Shown here: positions 61,595-64,000 of the stretch, one piece after another
Numbering within the stretch: the first letter of the stretch is position 1
Layout of the letters: the number at the start of each line of letters is the position of its first letter
Source of the DNA: Spirochaetota bacterium
GTDB taxonomy: Bacteria; Spirochaetota; UBA4802; JAFGDQ01
DNA: 64,000 bases
Reading direction: 5' to 3'
NCBI GenBank assembly: GCA_043803405.1
Contig: JAZDKB010000029.1
Location: 1-64,000 of the forward strand
Made by a program: the position numbers and the translations under genes
The notes under the pieces: generated by a model
Seen by the model: only the letters and a program-made list of their open reading frames with translations
What the model was told of the DNA's origin: nothing
The model's database searches: none

Positions 61595-64000
61595 ATGAGT
61601 CCGAATGAGAATAATAAAGAATTAGTCAAGGCAGGGGAAGTCCTTATGGTGCAGGGGAAGTCCTCAAAATTTATGTATTATCTGCATAGCGGTGCTGTTG
61701 AAATTCTTTCCGCCTCCAGAGAATACGAAGGACTTGATCCTGTAATTATTACTTCTAAAAGCAAAAGAGTAGGATTGATAAAGGATCAGATATATATTCC
61801 GCCCATGAATACGGTATTTACCGATCCCTGTTCGAAATCATTAAGAACTGTTGCGGATTCTTATGTTTCCAGATATCCGGTAAACAGGGAGATGCTGGAA
61901 GATGCGTCAAGGTCTGTCGCCATGCTCTCGCATTTGTTTAAAATGCTTGAGACGGCTATAGCCGATGATTCAAAATATACTAAATTTTATACTTATCTTT
62001 GTAAAATAACTGATAATATCTCTTTAATGTATCAGGAACTCCCCAAATCCGGTATTGTTGAAAAATTAAAGAATAAATCTGAAAGTCTTTATAATGCTTT
62101 TACTTCCAACAAAGGCAGGCTTCCTGATGTATTGGATGCGCAATTCCTTTTGTCCGACAACAGCGCTTTTATCAGGAAGAAGTACTCTTACCCCGGATTG
62201 CCTTTAAAATCAATAATTGATGAAAAGCAATGCAGTCATGTTAAAAAATTTTTACAAATGGATAAAAACGTATTTTCCAGCCTTGTAAAAGAAGATCCTT
62301 CGATTCTTCATAACATGATTGAGACGATCTCGGATAACCTGATTAAAGTTTTTGACAGAATTTTTGCCGTTCATACGGAAATCGATCTGGAGCTGGAAAC
62401 ATTATTCGGCTCCAAATCCAGCTGGTCTTTGTATCTTGCCGATAATTCCGGATTTGACAATTGGTGCGATTCCGGCAGACTTTCACCGGATTTTATTGCC
62501 GGTTTTCTGTCGCTTATCAAGAAACTGCATTCGTATTATCTCGAACTGACCGGGAAGAAACTTATAGAATTATTTCCGGGGCCTAAAAAGATACATGCAT
62601 ATTATGTTGCAAATAAAGATGGCCGGAAAAGAACTGAGCAGAACCAGGATGAGAAACAGGGAGTATCCGATAAAATAACAGGATTAAGTCACAAAAGCCA
62701 TAGCGCGGGAAAATATAAAAATTCATTACAGCAGATATTCGAGTTTGCGTTGATTGATAAGGAATTTCAAAAGGCGTTCATAAAGAATATAAATGATTTT
62801 AAATCCATGCACAATCCCTTTAATACTGAGATGGATGGAAGAAAAATAAGAAGGAATATAACAAAAAGTTATTGGGACCTTTTTGCCCAGGTGTTTATCA
62901 GGAAGCAAAAAGAATCGGTTGTTCCGCCTCCGGTAAAGCTGATGATGAAATTCGGATTCCTGGATGAGACTCTTGTTGACGAGAAACAGCTGGAAGCTCT
63001 TGAGGAGATCTCCGGCAATATCGAAGAAGTTAAAGATATTCCTATTATGTTCGAAGAGGAATTTTTATCAAGAATATATAACGGGAAAGAAAATCCAAGT
63101 ATAACCGAGATGGGGCTTTCTTACGAGGCCTTTTTAAGAGAAGAAGGGAAACGAAAAAGCTCTAAAGAAATAAATAAGTCAAATGCAGGCGGAGATAATA
63201 TCAATAAAAGCATTTATGAAATTGAGCACAGGCTGCTGCAGACAGTCGGAGTATGTTCAGGATCAACGTCAACAGCTTTTCCGATCCTTACGTCAATGAC
63301 GATGAAGATTAATCCTAAAAATATTTTTATGTCAAAAAGTAAAATCCTGTCGGTTGTCAGGGATTTAATGAACGTTGACTATTCCGTTTTTTATAGAGAA
63401 ACAACTTTAAAAATGGGAGATGCCAGGGAATTAATAGAAGAAGAAGTTATTCCTATTTTTATTCTTTTGCCCAGCTTCGGCACTAAAACCATGCTTTGGC
63501 AGGATCTGGACGGGACTAACAGAAGGACAAGAGGCAGGATTGTGCTGCCAATTTTTTTTATGGGCGATATAGTTAAAAGCATGGCTCATACCTTTGCGAG
63601 TTTCAGATGGGAGCTGAACAGAACAATAAAGGGCGGATTATGGGCAGACCCGGTGGAAGGAGGCATTACAGGCGTTTATTTTGATTATGTTAACTTCTAC
63701 AGTAAGAATTCAAAGCTGTCGCCTGAAATAAAGGACAAGATTGCAGAGAGATTTAAAAACATCAGAACAAACAGAGACCGGTTTGCGGACGATTATATCA
63801 ACTGGGTGCTGTACGAGAAAGACGGGGTAATGAGGCTCGATAGCGTTGTAAGGGAGATGTTTTTCAGGCATATTCCTTTTAAAAAGGAATTGCGCGCCAG
63901 ACTTGAGACAATGCCGGCGTTTGCGGAAATAGCGGTCAAGTTTAAAAATGTCACTTCAAAAGCAATTCAGGGTTATGAGAGGCGTTATAAAAAATACATG
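61595..64000 (+). CDS. Large cyclic-nucleotide-binding domain protein (spirochaete type), cut by the window end; missing from the ORF track
   Basis: ATG at 61595 after AGGA; frame appears open to 64000; N-terminal KAGEVLMVQG...MYYLHSGAVEI (cNMP-like); C-terminal FRWEL...GG.WADP...YFDY...FADDY. Confidence 0.8.
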   Translation, partial: MSPNENNKELVKAGEVLMVQGKSSKFMYYLHSGAVEILSASREYEGLDPVIITSKSKRVGLIKDQIYIPPMNTVFTDPCSKSLRTVADSYVSRYPVNREMLEDASRSVAMLSHLFKMLETAIADDSKYTKFYTYLCKITDNISLMYQELPKSGIVEKLKNKSESLYNAFTSNKGRLPDVLDAQFLLSDNSAFIRKKYSYPGLPLKSIIDEKQCSHVKKFLQMDKNVFSSLVKEDPSILHNMIETISDNLIKVFDRIFAVHTEIDLELETLFGSKSSWSLYLADNSGFDNWCDSGRLSPDFIAGFLSLIKKLHSYYLELTGKKLIELFPGPKKIHAYYVANKDGRKRTEQNQDEKQGVSDKITGLSHKSHSAGKYKNSLQQIFEFALIDKEFQKAFIKNINDFKSMHNPFNTEMDGRKIRRNITKSYWDLFAQVFIRKQKESVVPPPVKLMMKFGFLDETLVDEKQLEALEEISGNIEEVKDIPIMFEEEFLSRIYNGKENPSITEMGLSYEAFLREEGKRKSSKEINKSNAGGDNINKSIYEIEHRLLQTVGVCSGSTSTAFPILTSMTMKINPKNIFMSKSKILSVVRDLMNVDYSVFYRETTLKMGDARELIEEEVIPIFILLPSFGTKTMLWQDLDGTNRRTRGRIVLPIFFMGDIVKSMAHTFASFRWELNRTIKGGLWADPVEGGITGVYFDYVNFYSKNSKLSPEIKDKIAERFKNIRTNRDRFADDYINWVLYEKDGVMRLDSVVREMFFRHIPFKKELRARLETMPAFAEIAVKFKNVTSKAIQGYERRYKKYM

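Noticed and set aside
61631..61664. 14-bp direct repeat GCAGGGGAAGTCCT x2 at 20-bp spacing
   Set aside because: Only two copies, inside coding sequence and in different frames; no supportable function
4266..63582. Many short (60-175 aa) antisense or nested ORFs in the ORF track
   Set aside because: They lie within well-supported longer genes and show no recognisable motifs; treated as shadow ORFs
1..64000. DGR reverse transcriptase, Avd or template repeat; CRISPR array; rRNA/tRNA
   Set aside because: No RT motifs, no AAC-rich copy of 26866-27000, no regularly spaced repeats and no tRNA/rRNA-like sequence found by eye

Overview
Bacterial chromosomal window, probably Spirochaetota (inferred from the large cNMP-domain protein at the right edge). 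Bases ~1-42,400 are an AT-rich, mosaic surface-polysaccharide (LPS O-antigen/glycan) locus. It holds about 15 GT2/GT4 glycosyltransferases, about 7 SAM-methyltransferase modules, a GT-like/B12-radical SAM fusion, an AlgI/AlgJ-type O-acetylation pair, an fnlA/fnlC pathway with an RmlD-like reductase, gmd, a Gtr/Arn-like three-component module and a priming phosphoglycosyl transferase. Its intergenic gaps contain unannotated gene scars (hddC-like, gmd-like, GT2 fragments, IS5 end). The most striking feature is a DUF1566/C-type-lectin-fold putative lipoprotein (26035-27000) lying between an N-terminal and a C-terminal GT2 remnant. Its last 44 codons look like the variable region of a diversity-generating retroelement, but no reverse transcriptase or template repeat is visible in the window. 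Bases ~42,500-57,000 are more GC-rich and carry the anaerobic benzoyl-CoA pathway genes had and oah, split apart. Between them lie a hybrid PAS kinase, cupin, M24 peptidase, nitroreductase, cysteine hydrolase and two uncharacterised paralogous small proteins sharing a CxxxHDPV motif, with several structured intergenic hairpins and a 64-bp MITE. The right end has a Zn-peptidase, a TPR lipoprotein, a second lipoprotein, an HNH protein and a cNMP-binding protein cut by the window edge and absent from the ORF track. All calls come from reading motifs by eye; no database searches were run.
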